Shown: positions 38,327 through 48,537, counted from the first letter of the stretch. The stretch is 50,382 bases of DNA from Candidatus Hermodarchaeota archaeon (GCA_016839805.1 JAEOTO010000005.1:1-50382); one strand, 5' to 3'. The notes: generated by a model from the sequence alone, not told the origin. Numbers and translations are program-made.

Positions 38327-39181
38327 TTAGAAGATTTTCGGGATAGTAATTGTGAAGAAGAGGAGGAATCCAAAAAGGGCATTCCAGTATGGATAGAGCC
38401 AATAGACCTTCTCGATGTTTGCACGACGACGAAGTAAGAGGTAGAGAGGAATAGCGGGATAAACGAACATTAGAAGATTCCACGGCGGATTCCAAGGGAT
38501 AATGAAGACTAAGATGATAGCAAAAGTGAGCCAAAATGTAAAGCAAAGAATCAACGAGGGAACAGCTCCAATAAGAACTGCAGTGGTGGTAATGTTAGCT
38601 TGTTTATCAGCATCAATATCCGGAACCGCAGAGAAGAGGTGCATGGCTGAGGTCCACATGAATGCTGCAAAAAGAGGTAAAACTGGAGGGATGAAAAACC
38701 GAAGTTGATAGAATGCGAGAATTGCTGGGATTACGTAGAGAAAGTTGGACATGAAATCCAGGAATGGTCGAGCCTTAAATCGAATGGGTTTAGCGCTGTA
38801 CAGAATCGATAGCAGTAGAAAGGCACCGAATAGTGCCATAGCGAGTATATCAGGTTGAAATATCATTAAGATGATTCCAAATGTAAAAGAGGCTAGAATC
38901 AGAGCAAGAAGAGTTCGCCGATCCTTTGTTGTAACACGATATTCTTTGTCTTCTTTTTTTGGATTAAAAATATCCGTGTCTTCATCATAGTAATCATTCA
39001 CACCATAAAGGTACAAATTGGCAGGGAATAAGAAGAAAAAGAGGTGAAGAGCAAATAAGGGATTAAGGAATTGGATGGGACTAGTAATGCCAATGGCATA
39101 ACCAATAAGATAGGTTCCTCCTAGATACAACCAAAACCGTGGTCGTGAAATCCTTAATGCCAAACGTACTATTCTACTCAA
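38327..39181 (-). CDS. lyeJ: Lycopene elongase-like UbiA prenyltransferase (LyeJ/CrtEb)
   Basis: SRPRFWLY, YGVNDYYDEDTD..NPKK, YSAKPIRFK.RPFLD, MHLFSAVPDIDAD; directly downstream of a CrtI-family gene. Confidence 0.8.
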   Translation of the reverse strand: MSRIVRLALRISRPRFWLYLGGTYLIGYAIGITSPIQFLNPLFALHLFFFLFPANLYLYGVNDYYDEDTDIFNPKKEDKEYRVTTKDRRTLLALILASFTFGIILMIFQPDILAMALFGAFLLLSILYSAKPIRFKARPFLDFMSNFLYVIPAILAFYQLRFFIPPVLPLFAAFMWTSAMHLFSAVPDIDADKQANITTTAVLIGAVPSLILCFTFWLTFAIILVFIIPWNPPWNLLMFVYPAIPLYLLLRRRANIEKVYWLYPYWNALFGFLLFFTITIPKIF

Positions 39182-39192
39182 TTGCTTTTCCC

Positions 39193-40671
39193 TCAGTGGT
39201 CATATTGCTTTGTGATTTGATCGGTCACAATTTGTGATGAAACGAGTGCCATAGGAACTCCAATTCCTGGATGAGTATACTGTCCTGTGTAAAAGAGGTT
39301 TCGAACTTTTTTACTACGATGTCGGGGACGGAAGAAAGCCGATTGACGGAACGTATGAGTCAGACCTACTGCAGTACCCTGATACGCATTGTAATCTCGA
39401 GTAAAATCGTTTAACGAAAAAATACGCTTCACACTAATAGCATCACGAAACGACTCGCCAATGAGCTTTTCCATATGACTAAGGATTTTTTCAAAATACG
39501 CCTCACGAATCTTCGGTGTATCGTCAATACCCGGTGAGATGGGTACAGTGATGAAAATATTCTCCTTACCCTTTGGAGCTACTAATGAATCATACCTTGA
39601 GGGACAACAAACATAATAAGCGGGTTCATCAGGCCAAGCAGGTTTCTCAAAAATTTGGTCAAAATGCTTTACCCAATCATATTCTAGGAAGACATTATGA
39701 TGAGTCAACTGATCTAATTTTCGATCCACACCCAGGTAGACAACAAATGCCGAAGGAGCAATGATTTTCTTTTCCCAATACTTGGCAGGATAAGTTTGCA
39801 ACTTGGAATCAAGCAACTGCATCTCACTGAAAGGGTAATCGGCATTGACGACCACTAGATCAGCATCAATATCTCCTTGTGTTGTCTGGACCCGCTGAGC
39901 AGTCCGATTCTTCACGTCGATATGTGTGACCTCAACACCAAATCGGATTTCAGCTCCACACTCTTTTGCTAATTTCATAAGTGCCTCAGGTATCTTCCCA
40001 AGACCTCCACGTGGATACCAGACGCCTAGATTATAATCAATATGTGAAATGATTGAATAAAGCGCTGGAGTATTTTTCGGGTTCCCACCTAAAAACACAA
40101 TTGGGTACTCCAAAATTTTCCGGGCCCGGTCACTTTTGAAAAACTTCTGAACGTATTCATCTATATTGCTTAATATATGCAGTTTTCGACCCGCTTTCAT
40201 AAGTGAGGGACTAAACATGGACCAAAAGCTATCTAGGTCTTTGTACATGATCCCCTCCATCATATACTCATAGGTTTCCTTCGCCTTTGACAGATACTCC
40301 TGTAATTTATCCGCACCACCCGTTTCAAACCCTTCAAAGGTTTGCAGATTGGGTTCCAAATCCGCTGTAATCTCTACGATATCCTTGGCACCAAAAAAAA
40401 TCCGATAATTTGGATCCAATCGCATCAATTTATAATAATCTGAGACCGATTTCCCAAATTCTCTAAAGAAGTTCTCGAAGATTTCGGGCATCAGATACCA
40501 AGAGGGGCCCATATCAAAGACAAAACCCTCTTTTTCCCATACACGAGCACGACCTCCCGCCTCAGCACATCTTTCAATCACTTCTACATCATATCCTCTC
40601 TTCGCAAGAAGAGCCGCTGCAGCAAGTCCACCAACACCAGCGCCAATCACTAAAACATTCTGAGGTTTCAT
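39193..40671 (-). CDS. CrtI-family carotenoid desaturase (CrtD-like by position before lyeJ)
   Basis: GAGVGG, FDMGPSWYLMP, GQYTHPGIGVPM. Confidence 0.85.
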   Translation of the reverse strand: MKPQNVLVIGAGVGGLAAAALLAKRGYDVEVIERCAEAGGRARVWEKEGFVFDMGPSWYLMPEIFENFFREFGKSVSDYYKLMRLDPNYRIFFGAKDIVEITADLEPNLQTFEGFETGGADKLQEYLSKAKETYEYMMEGIMYKDLDSFWSMFSPSLMKAGRKLHILSNIDEYVQKFFKSDRARKILEYPIVFLGGNPKNTPALYSIISHIDYNLGVWYPRGGLGKIPEALMKLAKECGAEIRFGVEVTHIDVKNRTAQRVQTTQGDIDADLVVVNADYPFSEMQLLDSKLQTYPAKYWEKKIIAPSAFVVYLGVDRKLDQLTHHNVFLEYDWVKHFDQIFEKPAWPDEPAYYVCCPSRYDSLVAPKGKENIFITVPISPGIDDTPKIREAYFEKILSHMEKLIGESFRDAISVKRIFSLNDFTRDYNAYQGTAVGLTHTFRQSAFFRPRHRSKKVRNLFYTGQYTHPGIGVPMALVSSQIVTDQITKQYDH

Positions 40672-40724
40672 GTATTAGATCCACCGGAATATTAGGTGTT
40701 TCAATATGTCATATTTAAAAATAA

Positions 40725-40749
40725 TGTATTAATGTAAAACATTATTACA
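40725..40749. promoter_or_regulatory. Inverted repeat in the divergent carotenoid promoter region
   Basis: TGTATTAATGT-AAA-ACATTATTACA (11-bp arms, 1 mismatch). Confidence 0.5.
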
Positions 40750-40871
40750 CAATAAATAACTAACTGAAAATATTAGTAATCTCCGATAGTAAGAGAGAAG
40801 TGTTTAAAAACAAAAAAAATCCCCCCTCACATGAATTAACACCGTTGAGAACCTATGTGAGCGTTAAGACC

Positions 40872-41825
40872 ATGTTAAGGGGAGAAACCTATCACTTAGA
40901 AATTATTCCCACACAAATCCATGTCAAAGATACTCTGACGCCAGGTGAATTAAATCGTTCCTACGACTATTGCTTGGAGTTATTCGGTAAGCATGCAAAA
41001 TCCTTCTCTTTTGCCTCACGCTATCTCGAACCTGACCAACGAAGAAGCATTGCAGCTCTATATGGCTTTTGCCGATTAGCTGACGATTTCGTGGATGAAG
41101 TCCAACTTGAACCTGACCAAATTGACACTGAAATTGGCGTATTAGGTGAAATTGTAACTCGCCTAAGTCACGGTGAAATCTTCGATCACCCAATCTTTCA
41201 TGCGTTTGGCGACACCATGACAAAATATCGTATTCCAGTTCAATATTTTTATGAACTACTTGAAGGCGTCCGCATGGACGTTCATCGTCAAGAAATTCAA
41301 ACCCAAGAAGAGCTTAACCTCTACTGCTTCCGGGTCGCATCCACAGTGGGCCTATCTATGTGTCATATTTGGCGAGCAATTCACCCAGAGACACTCCAAC
41401 GAGCAGCGGATCTTGGAATCGCAATGCAACAAACTAATATTCTCCGAGATATCGCCGAAGATTACGATAAAGGGCGGATCTATATACCTCTAGAGACACG
41501 CAAACGGTTCCGGATACGAAAAGAGGATTTTGAAGCTCGAGAGATTACACCAAATTTCAGGCAGTTATTAAAATACGAAATCGCCAATGCACGGGCAAAT
41601 TATGCTAGCGCAGAAATTGGAATACGGGATCTTCCTCCTGCAGCAGCATTTACAGTCAAGGTTGCTTCAAGGGTCTATGGCAACATTCTGAATGCCATTG
41701 AAAAAATGGATTACCAAGTTTTCAAAAAACGGGCATATGTGCCAAAATGGAAGAAATTCCTGATTGCCTTTCAGTGCCGCCGAGAGTACCTTCGCGATCT
41801 AAGGCAATTGGTCATGAACCCCTAA
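40872..41825 (+). CDS. crtB: Phytoene synthase
   Basis: AKSFSFAS, LYGFCRLADDFVD, YCFRVASTVG, QQTNILRDIAED..GRIYIP. Confidence 0.92.
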   Translation: MLRGETYHLEIIPTQIHVKDTLTPGELNRSYDYCLELFGKHAKSFSFASRYLEPDQRRSIAALYGFCRLADDFVDEVQLEPDQIDTEIGVLGEIVTRLSHGEIFDHPIFHAFGDTMTKYRIPVQYFYELLEGVRMDVHRQEIQTQEELNLYCFRVASTVGLSMCHIWRAIHPETLQRAADLGIAMQQTNILRDIAEDYDKGRIYIPLETRKRFRIRKEDFEAREITPNFRQLLKYEIANARANYASAEIGIRDLPPAAAFTVKVASRVYGNILNAIEKMDYQVFKKRAYVPKWKKFLIAFQCRREYLRDLRQLVMNP

Positions 41826-41856
41826 TTATGGACAGTCAATAAAACGTAATTTACTG

Positions 41857-43386
41857 ATGGTGAAAAAAATGAAACAACATAATTCTTCCAAGGTCATTGT
41901 TATTGGTGGAGGATTTGGTGGATTGGCTTCAGCCGTAAGATTACAGGCTGCTGGATACCAAGTCACACTTTTAGAGAAACGCCATCAACTTGGAGGGCGA
42001 GCAGGAGTATTCGAACGAGATGGATTTAGATTCGACACCGGTCCCACTATTGTTACACCACCCTTCGTTGTGGAAGATGTTTTTCGTGATGTAGGACGAG
42101 ATCCATCCGATTACATTGAGTTAGTTCCCATACATCCACATTATCGGCTCCACTTTTCGGATGGTACACATTTTGATATCGGAACAGTTGACGAAATCAC
42201 AGAACAAATCAAGCAGATAAGCCCTAACGATGTCAATGGTTATCATAAATGGCTCAAGTTACTCAAGCCAATCTATGAACTTGGGTTTGAGAAATTTGCC
42301 ATGACACCCTTTGAAAGTCTTTGGAGCATGGTCAAAATTGTCCCACCGGCCATACGACTCAAATCCTACAAGAGCGTATATGGGCTTGTCGCAAGTAATA
42401 TGAAACATGACCATCTTCGCATGGCCTTCTCCTTCCTTCCCCTCTTCATTGGAGGAAACCCCTTCACCGCCACTAGCGTATATTCTCTCATTGCTTATCT
42501 TGAAAACGAGTATGGGATGCTCTGGGTTAGAGGTGGCACTCATCGGCTCGTTGAAGCTCTCGAACGATTGTATAAGGAACTAGGTGGTTCAGTCAAATTC
42601 AATTCAGAAGTAACCAAGATTGAAGTCGATGATAACGACCGAAGGGTGAAAGGAGTCATCACTGCAAATGGAGAAAGCCTTCCTGCCGATATCATCGTAA
42701 GCAATGCTGATGTCGCGATGACCTACATGAGTCTTATTGATAAAAAATATCGTCGGAAAAACAGTGACCGCCGTTACAAGAAAGCAAAATACAGTATGAG
42801 TCTCTTTATGATATATTTTGGCACAAAAAAAACTTATCCGGAAATGCCACACCACAATATCATTTTCAGTTCACGTTACAAAGAGCTTGTGAAGGATATC
42901 TTCGATCGCCATGTTTTAGCTGACGACTTTGCCATTTATCTACATGTGCCCACGAGGACCGATCCGGAGCTTGCACCTTCAGGATGTGAAACCTTCTATG
43001 CTTGTGTCCCGGTTACACACCAGGATTCTGGGATTGATTGGGAGCAAATGAAGGAACCTTTCAAAGACAAAGTATTACAATTTCTAAATGATAATTATCT
43101 ACCTGGACTTTTAGATAACATCGAAGTTTGTGAAGTTTTTACTCCACAAGATTTCGAACAAGAATTCAACGCCTATAAGGGGAATGCATTCCAATTACAA
43201 CCCTTGATGACTCAATCGGGATGGTTTAGACCGCATAATCGTTCACGAGATATCAAAGGCTTATATATAGTCGGGGCAGGCACTCACCCCGGCGGAGGAG
43301 TGCCCAGTGCTTTCCTTAGCGGAAAGATCTCTACTGATCTAATCTTCAGTGATTATGGGAAACCATCTGAAGCATTACCTGATTGA
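41857..43386 (+). CDS. crtI: Phytoene desaturase
   Basis: GGGFGG, FDTGPTIVT, SMSLFMIYFG, QSGWFRPHN, VGAGTHPGGGVP. Confidence 0.92.
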   Translation: MVKKMKQHNSSKVIVIGGGFGGLASAVRLQAAGYQVTLLEKRHQLGGRAGVFERDGFRFDTGPTIVTPPFVVEDVFRDVGRDPSDYIELVPIHPHYRLHFSDGTHFDIGTVDEITEQIKQISPNDVNGYHKWLKLLKPIYELGFEKFAMTPFESLWSMVKIVPPAIRLKSYKSVYGLVASNMKHDHLRMAFSFLPLFIGGNPFTATSVYSLIAYLENEYGMLWVRGGTHRLVEALERLYKELGGSVKFNSEVTKIEVDDNDRRVKGVITANGESLPADIIVSNADVAMTYMSLIDKKYRRKNSDRRYKKAKYSMSLFMIYFGTKKTYPEMPHHNIIFSSRYKELVKDIFDRHVLADDFAIYLHVPTRTDPELAPSGCETFYACVPVTHQDSGIDWEQMKEPFKDKVLQFLNDNYLPGLLDNIEVCEVFTPQDFEQEFNAYKGNAFQLQPLMTQSGWFRPHNRSRDIKGLYIVGAGTHPGGGVPSAFLSGKISTDLIFSDYGKPSEALPD

Positions 43387-43402
43387 AAGGAGAATGGGAA
43401 TA

Positions 43403-44692
43403 ATGACTGAAAAAGTCGATACAATTGTTGTGGGAGCAGGTCCTGCCGGTTCTGCCACAGCCTATAGCCTTGCTAAAACAGGTCATGAGGTTCTTTTAGT
43501 CGAACGAGCCAAAACACCTGGAGAGAAGAATGTCTCAGGGGGAGTATTATTTGGATCCGTTCTCCATAAACTGATTCCTAATTTCTGGGAGGAAGCACCT
43601 GTTGAACGCACAATCACAAAACGGAGCCTCATCTTCTTAGCTGACGATTCCTCCGTTTCCCTTGATTTTGCAAGCCCGAAGCTTGGGAAACCCCCAAATA
43701 ATGGGTATTCGATAATTCGCAAAGAATTTGATCAGTGGTTCGCTAAACGCGCAGAGGAAGCTGGCGCGCTTCTAGCCACAGGAATCCTCGTTGATAGCCT
43801 TCTCTGGGAGAATAAGCGAATTGTAGGAATCAAAGCAGGAGACGACGAGATCAGAGCTAAGGTAGTCGTGGCGGCCGACGGTATTAATTCCTTACTAACA
43901 GAGCAATCGGGTCTCCGAAAAGACCCCCAACCTAAAAATATTGGACTTGGCATCAAAGAAGTCATTCAACTCCCTCGTGACATAATTGAAACACGGTTTA
44001 ATCTAGAAGGAAACGAGGGAACTGCCCATACCTACCTAGGGTGTACAAAAGATTATCCAGGTGGCGGTTTTCTCTATACTAATTGTGATAGCCTATCCCT
44101 AGGTATTGTTATGAAGTTACCCTCCTTTAGCAACGGGGCTAATACTAAAGCTCCTGAATTTATTGATCATCTGAAACAGTTTCCATATATTTCACGTCTT
44201 ATCAAGGATGGAGAACTTATCGAATATTCAGCGCACCTCGTCCCCGAAGGAGGATATCGAGATCTGTCCAAACTTTATACCGATAATTTTCTAGTTACAG
44301 GTGATGCTGCTGGACTTGCCTTAAATATCGGCTATGCTCTTGAAGGAATGAACTTTGCAATCGCATCTGGTATTGCAGCAGCCAAAACCATCCAGAGAGC
44401 GAAGCAACAAGGAAATTACACTAAGAAGACAATGAAATATTATCAGCACCTCATGAATCAAAGCTTTGTTCTTAAAGATATGAAGACTTTTCGAAATGCT
44501 CCAGCTATCGTTAACAACATGCGTCTGATGAAAACTTATCCAGAAGTCATCAATAATTTAGCCCTGAATCTCTTTCAATCGAATGGTTCACCAAGACCGA
44601 AACTCGTTAACTTACTATTGAAGAATATTGTACGTGAGGTATCACTTCCACATCTGATGTTGGATGGAATTCAAGCGGTGAGAGGTTTATGA
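43403..44692 (+). CDS. fixC: FixC-like FAD-dependent oxidoreductase
   Basis: GAGPAG, GEKNVSGG, EAPVER, EYSAHLVPEGG, GDAAG, EGMNFAIASG. Confidence 0.82.
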   Translation: MTEKVDTIVVGAGPAGSATAYSLAKTGHEVLLVERAKTPGEKNVSGGVLFGSVLHKLIPNFWEEAPVERTITKRSLIFLADDSSVSLDFASPKLGKPPNNGYSIIRKEFDQWFAKRAEEAGALLATGILVDSLLWENKRIVGIKAGDDEIRAKVVVAADGINSLLTEQSGLRKDPQPKNIGLGIKEVIQLPRDIIETRFNLEGNEGTAHTYLGCTKDYPGGGFLYTNCDSLSLGIVMKLPSFSNGANTKAPEFIDHLKQFPYISRLIKDGELIEYSAHLVPEGGYRDLSKLYTDNFLVTGDAAGLALNIGYALEGMNFAIASGIAAAKTIQRAKQQGNYTKKTMKYYQHLMNQSFVLKDMKTFRNAPAIVNNMRLMKTYPEVINNLALNLFQSNGSPRPKLVNLLLKNIVREVSLPHLMLDGIQAVRGL

Positions 44693-44964
44693 CAACAAAA
44701 ATCGAAACTAAACTGGGAACACTTCGATATAATATTGATAAGGAAGCCCATATTCAGGTTAACTTCCAATTATGCAAGAATTGTAAAACGAAATCATGTA
44801 TTGCTGGTTGCCCAGCACAATGCTTCCAACTCATAGATAGCGAAATCCATTTTCAATATGAAGATTGCATTGAATGTGGCACCTGCAAAATCCTCTGCAA
44901 CAAAAAGGCGATACAATGGAACTACCCAAGAGGAACATTTGGTGTCGCTTTCCAAAAGGGCTAA
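44689..44964 (+). CDS. fixX: FixX-like ferredoxin
   Basis: CKNC..C..CPA, CIECGTC..C, WNYPRG.FGV; ATGA overlap with fixC. Confidence 0.85.
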   Translation: MTTKIETKLGTLRYNIDKEAHIQVNFQLCKNCKTKSCIAGCPAQCFQLIDSEIHFQYEDCIECGTCKILCNKKAIQWNYPRGTFGVAFQKG

Positions 44965-44966
44965 CA

Positions 44967-46016
44967 CTACCCTTCTGCGATTTCTAAAGCCGATTTAGCA
45001 TCTGGAGCAAAACCATCTGCACCAATTCGCTTCCAGAGCTGTGGATCTAGTTTGAATGCACGACCACCCACAATGATTCTAATATCCTTGATTTCCTTAG
45101 TATTCCGAATTTCTGTGATGAGTTTTTCAGCTTCGATTATATACCAAGGGATGGTCACTGAGATAGCAAGAAGATCCGCATTTTGTTGTTTGATGGCTTG
45201 AATAAGGTCAGGTGTCGGAGTATTGGCCCCAGTGAAGAAGGTATTCCAGCCACTTAGTTCAAAAAAGTCTGATACCATACGAATACCAAGCTCATGCAAC
45301 TCACCTTTTACACAGCTTGCTATTAAGGTTCGATCTAATCGTTTTGACGGTTTTATGTAAGAATGAAGTGAATCCATGATCCGCCGTGTTAAATCGGTGC
45401 AATAATGCTCTTGGGCTACTGTTAGTTGATTTGCATGCCAGAGTCGACCAATTTCTAGTTGCACATTTTCAAGTACTTGAAGATAGATATCACGGATATC
45501 TGTACCCTTCTTAACTGCGTCCTGAATGAGCTGATTAGCACTCTGTGAATTACCATGTAGAAGCGAGTCCAAATATTGAGTGGCAAGTTCAGAAAGAGGG
45601 AAATCACCTTCAATAAATGATGGAATTTCAATTGCGTCTACATCAAGCAGGCTTAACCCTGAATCCATAAACTCGACAAGAACATCGCGAAGTGGACCAG
45701 GTGCTTTCGATTCAAAAACTCTCCTAAAGCACTGGAAATTTACTACGATGTCTTCCATAGGAACATTGAGATCAACCAACAAGCCTTTCACCCATTCAAT
45801 ATACGAGCCAAATAAACCCTTACTCAGATATGTCAGAGCACTACTGAGAAATTTAAGATGATATATAATATCACGCCGAAAATACTCATATCCCAAATCC
45901 CTATACCGTTCCATAAGGTCTGGTTGCACTTTCAATTGACATTGGATAATATCTTCTCTTATTTTGTCTGCATTTCTGGTTATGTATTTACTTGCTTCTT
46001 GCCCCAGCTGTTGCAT
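44967..46016 (-). CDS. Photoglobin-like domain fused to a CarH-type B12-binding photosensor domain, no HTH
   Basis: W-x9-EH (WHANQLTVAQEH) and ExHxxG (ELHELG), VGGRA; N-terminal RDIIYHLKFLSSAL phycobiliprotein/globin-like helix. Confidence 0.8.
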   Translation of the reverse strand: MQQLGQEASKYITRNADKIREDIIQCQLKVQPDLMERYRDLGYEYFRRDIIYHLKFLSSALTYLSKGLFGSYIEWVKGLLVDLNVPMEDIVVNFQCFRRVFESKAPGPLRDVLVEFMDSGLSLLDVDAIEIPSFIEGDFPLSELATQYLDSLLHGNSQSANQLIQDAVKKGTDIRDIYLQVLENVQLEIGRLWHANQLTVAQEHYCTDLTRRIMDSLHSYIKPSKRLDRTLIASCVKGELHELGIRMVSDFFELSGWNTFFTGANTPTPDLIQAIKQQNADLLAISVTIPWYIIEAEKLITEIRNTKEIKDIRIIVGGRAFKLDPQLWKRIGADGFAPDAKSALEIAEG

Positions 46017-46126
46017 ATAAATCGCACCAGTGAATATTTGATGTGCTATGACATTGTAATGATATAGGTTTGCCTTAGACGTCCTTTTAATTTATTACCA
46101 TTCAAATTCCAGTACAATCGGCTTCT

Positions 46127-46609
46127 CTACTCGCCGTCTGGTGATCCAAGTGCAATCGTTTCTACAATATTCTTTAACTTCACAATATTGAGTGGTTTCT
46201 CGGGATTTAGCGCTTGCCATCCATCTGATTTTTTCAATCCATGCGCAGCAAGGAAATTAGTTGACAAGGATTTAGAACCGACTTCAGCCATTCGATTGAT
46301 GGCTTTTCCTCTTTCATTTGGGTCACCCACAACTTCTAGTTCCCCTCTGAATACCACGAAACAATATTGATGAAGATCTGGTTTGTAAGTTTCGATTTCC
46401 ACAGCGACACGATTATCATGTTCGATTAGTTTCATCTTCTTACCATAGCGTGTGAAATGGAAATAGAGGTTTCCGTTGATGTACGCATATTGAAAAGGAG
46501 CCATATACGGGTAATCCTCTCCTCGAAATGCAATGCGACAAATCACCTGATTCTTTAGAAGCTCTTCAATCATTTTGCGTTTCATTTTTGGTAACTTGAC
46601 AATGGACAT
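46127..46609 (-). CDS. Pyridoxamine 5'-phosphate oxidase-like (NimA-type) flavin-binding protein
   Basis: CRIAF..YPYMAP, LYFH..GKKM, VAVE..VVFRG. Confidence 0.8.
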   Translation of the reverse strand: MSIVKLPKMKRKMIEELLKNQVICRIAFRGEDYPYMAPFQYAYINGNLYFHFTRYGKKMKLIEHDNRVAVEIETYKPDLHQYCFVVFRGELEVVGDPNERGKAINRMAEVGSKSLSTNFLAAHGLKKSDGWQALNPEKPLNIVKLKNIVETIALGSPDGE

Positions 46610-46686
46610 CTTCTTTACCCCATACATACTTGAGGAATGCTTTTTCTCATATATTCGATACGGATTAATTATCAGGGATATGAAAA

Positions 46687-48081
46687 ATGGGTAAATCGTA
46701 TAAAAATTCCTTATTTATTTTTCGCCGAGATATTCGGCTAACCGATAACTCCGCGTTAATTAACGCACTAGCCAATTCAGGACAGGTTCTTCCATGCTTT
46801 ATCTTCGATCCCAGGCTTCTTGAACAAAAAACACCGCACATGAATGCGATACAACTTCTGACTAAAGCATTACTGGATTTAGAAAATCATCTTCAACAAC
46901 AAAACGGTCAACTCTTCTATATGAAAGGCATCCCAGAGGAAATTCTACCAGAACTACTTTCAACCCATAATATTGATGCTATTTTCATAAACCGTGATTA
47001 CTCACCTTTTAGTCGACGCAGAGATGCATATATCCAGAATATTTGTAAAAAGGAAAAAATCCAGTTCCAACAATTCAGTGATTCGCTTCTTAATGAACCC
47101 GAAATGATCCGAACGGCCAACAACACACCGTACAAGGTATTTACACCCTTTTTCAAAAAAGCATCTGAATTATCCATTGCTCCACCAAAAGAAAATTCAT
47201 ACAAAAATTATCTAAAAATCAAGCAAAAACGTGATGAACCAGTCAAAAGATTGCATAAAAAAATCCAAACACAAACCAATGAATCCCTACTTGTTGAAGG
47301 TACAAGAGCAGAATGCCTTAGTATTCTCTCAAATCTACGAGACTACAAAAATTATGAGACTAGCAGGGACCTCCCAAGCAAACATGGCACCACCCGCCTA
47401 TCATCTTACATCAAATTTGGAATATGCTCGATTCGCGAAGTCTATTCAGCTATCACCAAACAATTAGGCACACATCATCCATTAATACGCCAACTTTATT
47501 GGCGAGACTTCTACACACACATCGCCTTTCATTATCCCCATGTATTCAAACACGCCTTTAAACCACGTTTTGAAAAAATTCAATGGAACTATGATAAGGA
47601 ATTATTCGAAACATGGTGTACAGGAAAAACGGGATTCCCCATCGTAGATGCAGGGATGCGCGAACTTAATACTACCGGCTGGATGCATAACCGGGTTCGA
47701 ATGATTGTCGCCTCATTTCTCACCAAAGACCTCCATATTGACTGGCGATGGGGCGAACGCTATTTTGCACACAAGCTAGTCGATTATGATCCAGCAGTCA
47801 ATAATGGGAATTGGCAATGGGCAGCTTCAACTGGTGCAGACGCGCAGCCCTATTTCCGAATCTTCAATCCCTGGCGTCAACAAGAAAAATATGACTCAAA
47901 ATGCGAATACATAAAACGTTGGATCCCCGAAATTGTTGACCTTGAACCGAAGATAATTCACCGATGGTTTAAACCGACCCAGTGGGATGCACAACTAAAT
48001 TATCCAAAACCAATTGTTAATCATAAGGAAGAAAGTCAATATTCGAAAGAAATTTTTTCCGCCACTTTTTCAAACCGATGA
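46687..48081 (+). CDS. phr: Class I CPD DNA photolyase
   Basis: FRRDIRLTDN, TTRLSSYIKFG, GWMHNRVRMIVASFL, WRWGE, DYDPAVNNGNWQW, RIFNP. Confidence 0.93.
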   Translation: MGKSYKNSLFIFRRDIRLTDNSALINALANSGQVLPCFIFDPRLLEQKTPHMNAIQLLTKALLDLENHLQQQNGQLFYMKGIPEEILPELLSTHNIDAIFINRDYSPFSRRRDAYIQNICKKEKIQFQQFSDSLLNEPEMIRTANNTPYKVFTPFFKKASELSIAPPKENSYKNYLKIKQKRDEPVKRLHKKIQTQTNESLLVEGTRAECLSILSNLRDYKNYETSRDLPSKHGTTRLSSYIKFGICSIREVYSAITKQLGTHHPLIRQLYWRDFYTHIAFHYPHVFKHAFKPRFEKIQWNYDKELFETWCTGKTGFPIVDAGMRELNTTGWMHNRVRMIVASFLTKDLHIDWRWGERYFAHKLVDYDPAVNNGNWQWAASTGADAQPYFRIFNPWRQQEKYDSKCEYIKRWIPEIVDLEPKIIHRWFKPTQWDAQLNYPKPIVNHKEESQYSKEIFSATFSNR

Positions 48082-48537
48082 GAGGACATATTTTCCTAAT
48101 GGTCCCCAGTTCTCGAGAAAATCGTTCTCGGGTTTCTTTGCACAAAAATGAATCAGAACTTGGGATGAATCCAGACCAGGTATATTTTCAAATAGGTCAC
48201 GATCTCCATAACGGATAGCTTCTAAAACAAGAGATAACTCACGTCTAAAAATCGCTTCACGAAATCTTCGGGTCCCAAACCCTCTATTAACCTCACAATA
48301 CACATGAAGAACGTAACCACCTTTATCCTCAACCAATTCTGCGAGAACTTCATCGCGCATTAGCCGCGTGTACCAACCTTTAATCTGTTCATAATCGTAA
48401 TCAAGACCTACCGTAAGAAAAAGATCACCAGTCCTATCAGAATGAGTAAGAGTGTATCGGCGTGGAAAAATTAAATCATTAGATGAGAGAGAGTCGTGAA
48501 ATCGAACATTGAGCTTCTTTGGTTTCAGCCTCGACAT
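48070..48537 (-). CDS. Stay-green (SGR) family protein
   Basis: PRRYTLTHSDRTGDLFLTVG, RDEVLAE, LHVYCEV, IFRREL..VLEAIRYGD. Confidence 0.85.
   Translation of the reverse strand: MSRLKPKKLNVRFHDSLSSNDLIFPRRYTLTHSDRTGDLFLTVGLDYDYEQIKGWYTRLMRDEVLAELVEDKGGYVLHVYCEVNRGFGTRRFREAIFRRELSLVLEAIRYGDRDLFENIPGLDSSQVLIHFCAKKPENDFLENWGPLGKYVLSSV

Noticed and set aside
44967-46016. Methyltransferase corrinoid protein
   Set aside because: It has the photoreceptor-type W-x9-EH and ExH motifs rather than DxHxxG, and has no methyltransferase neighbours.
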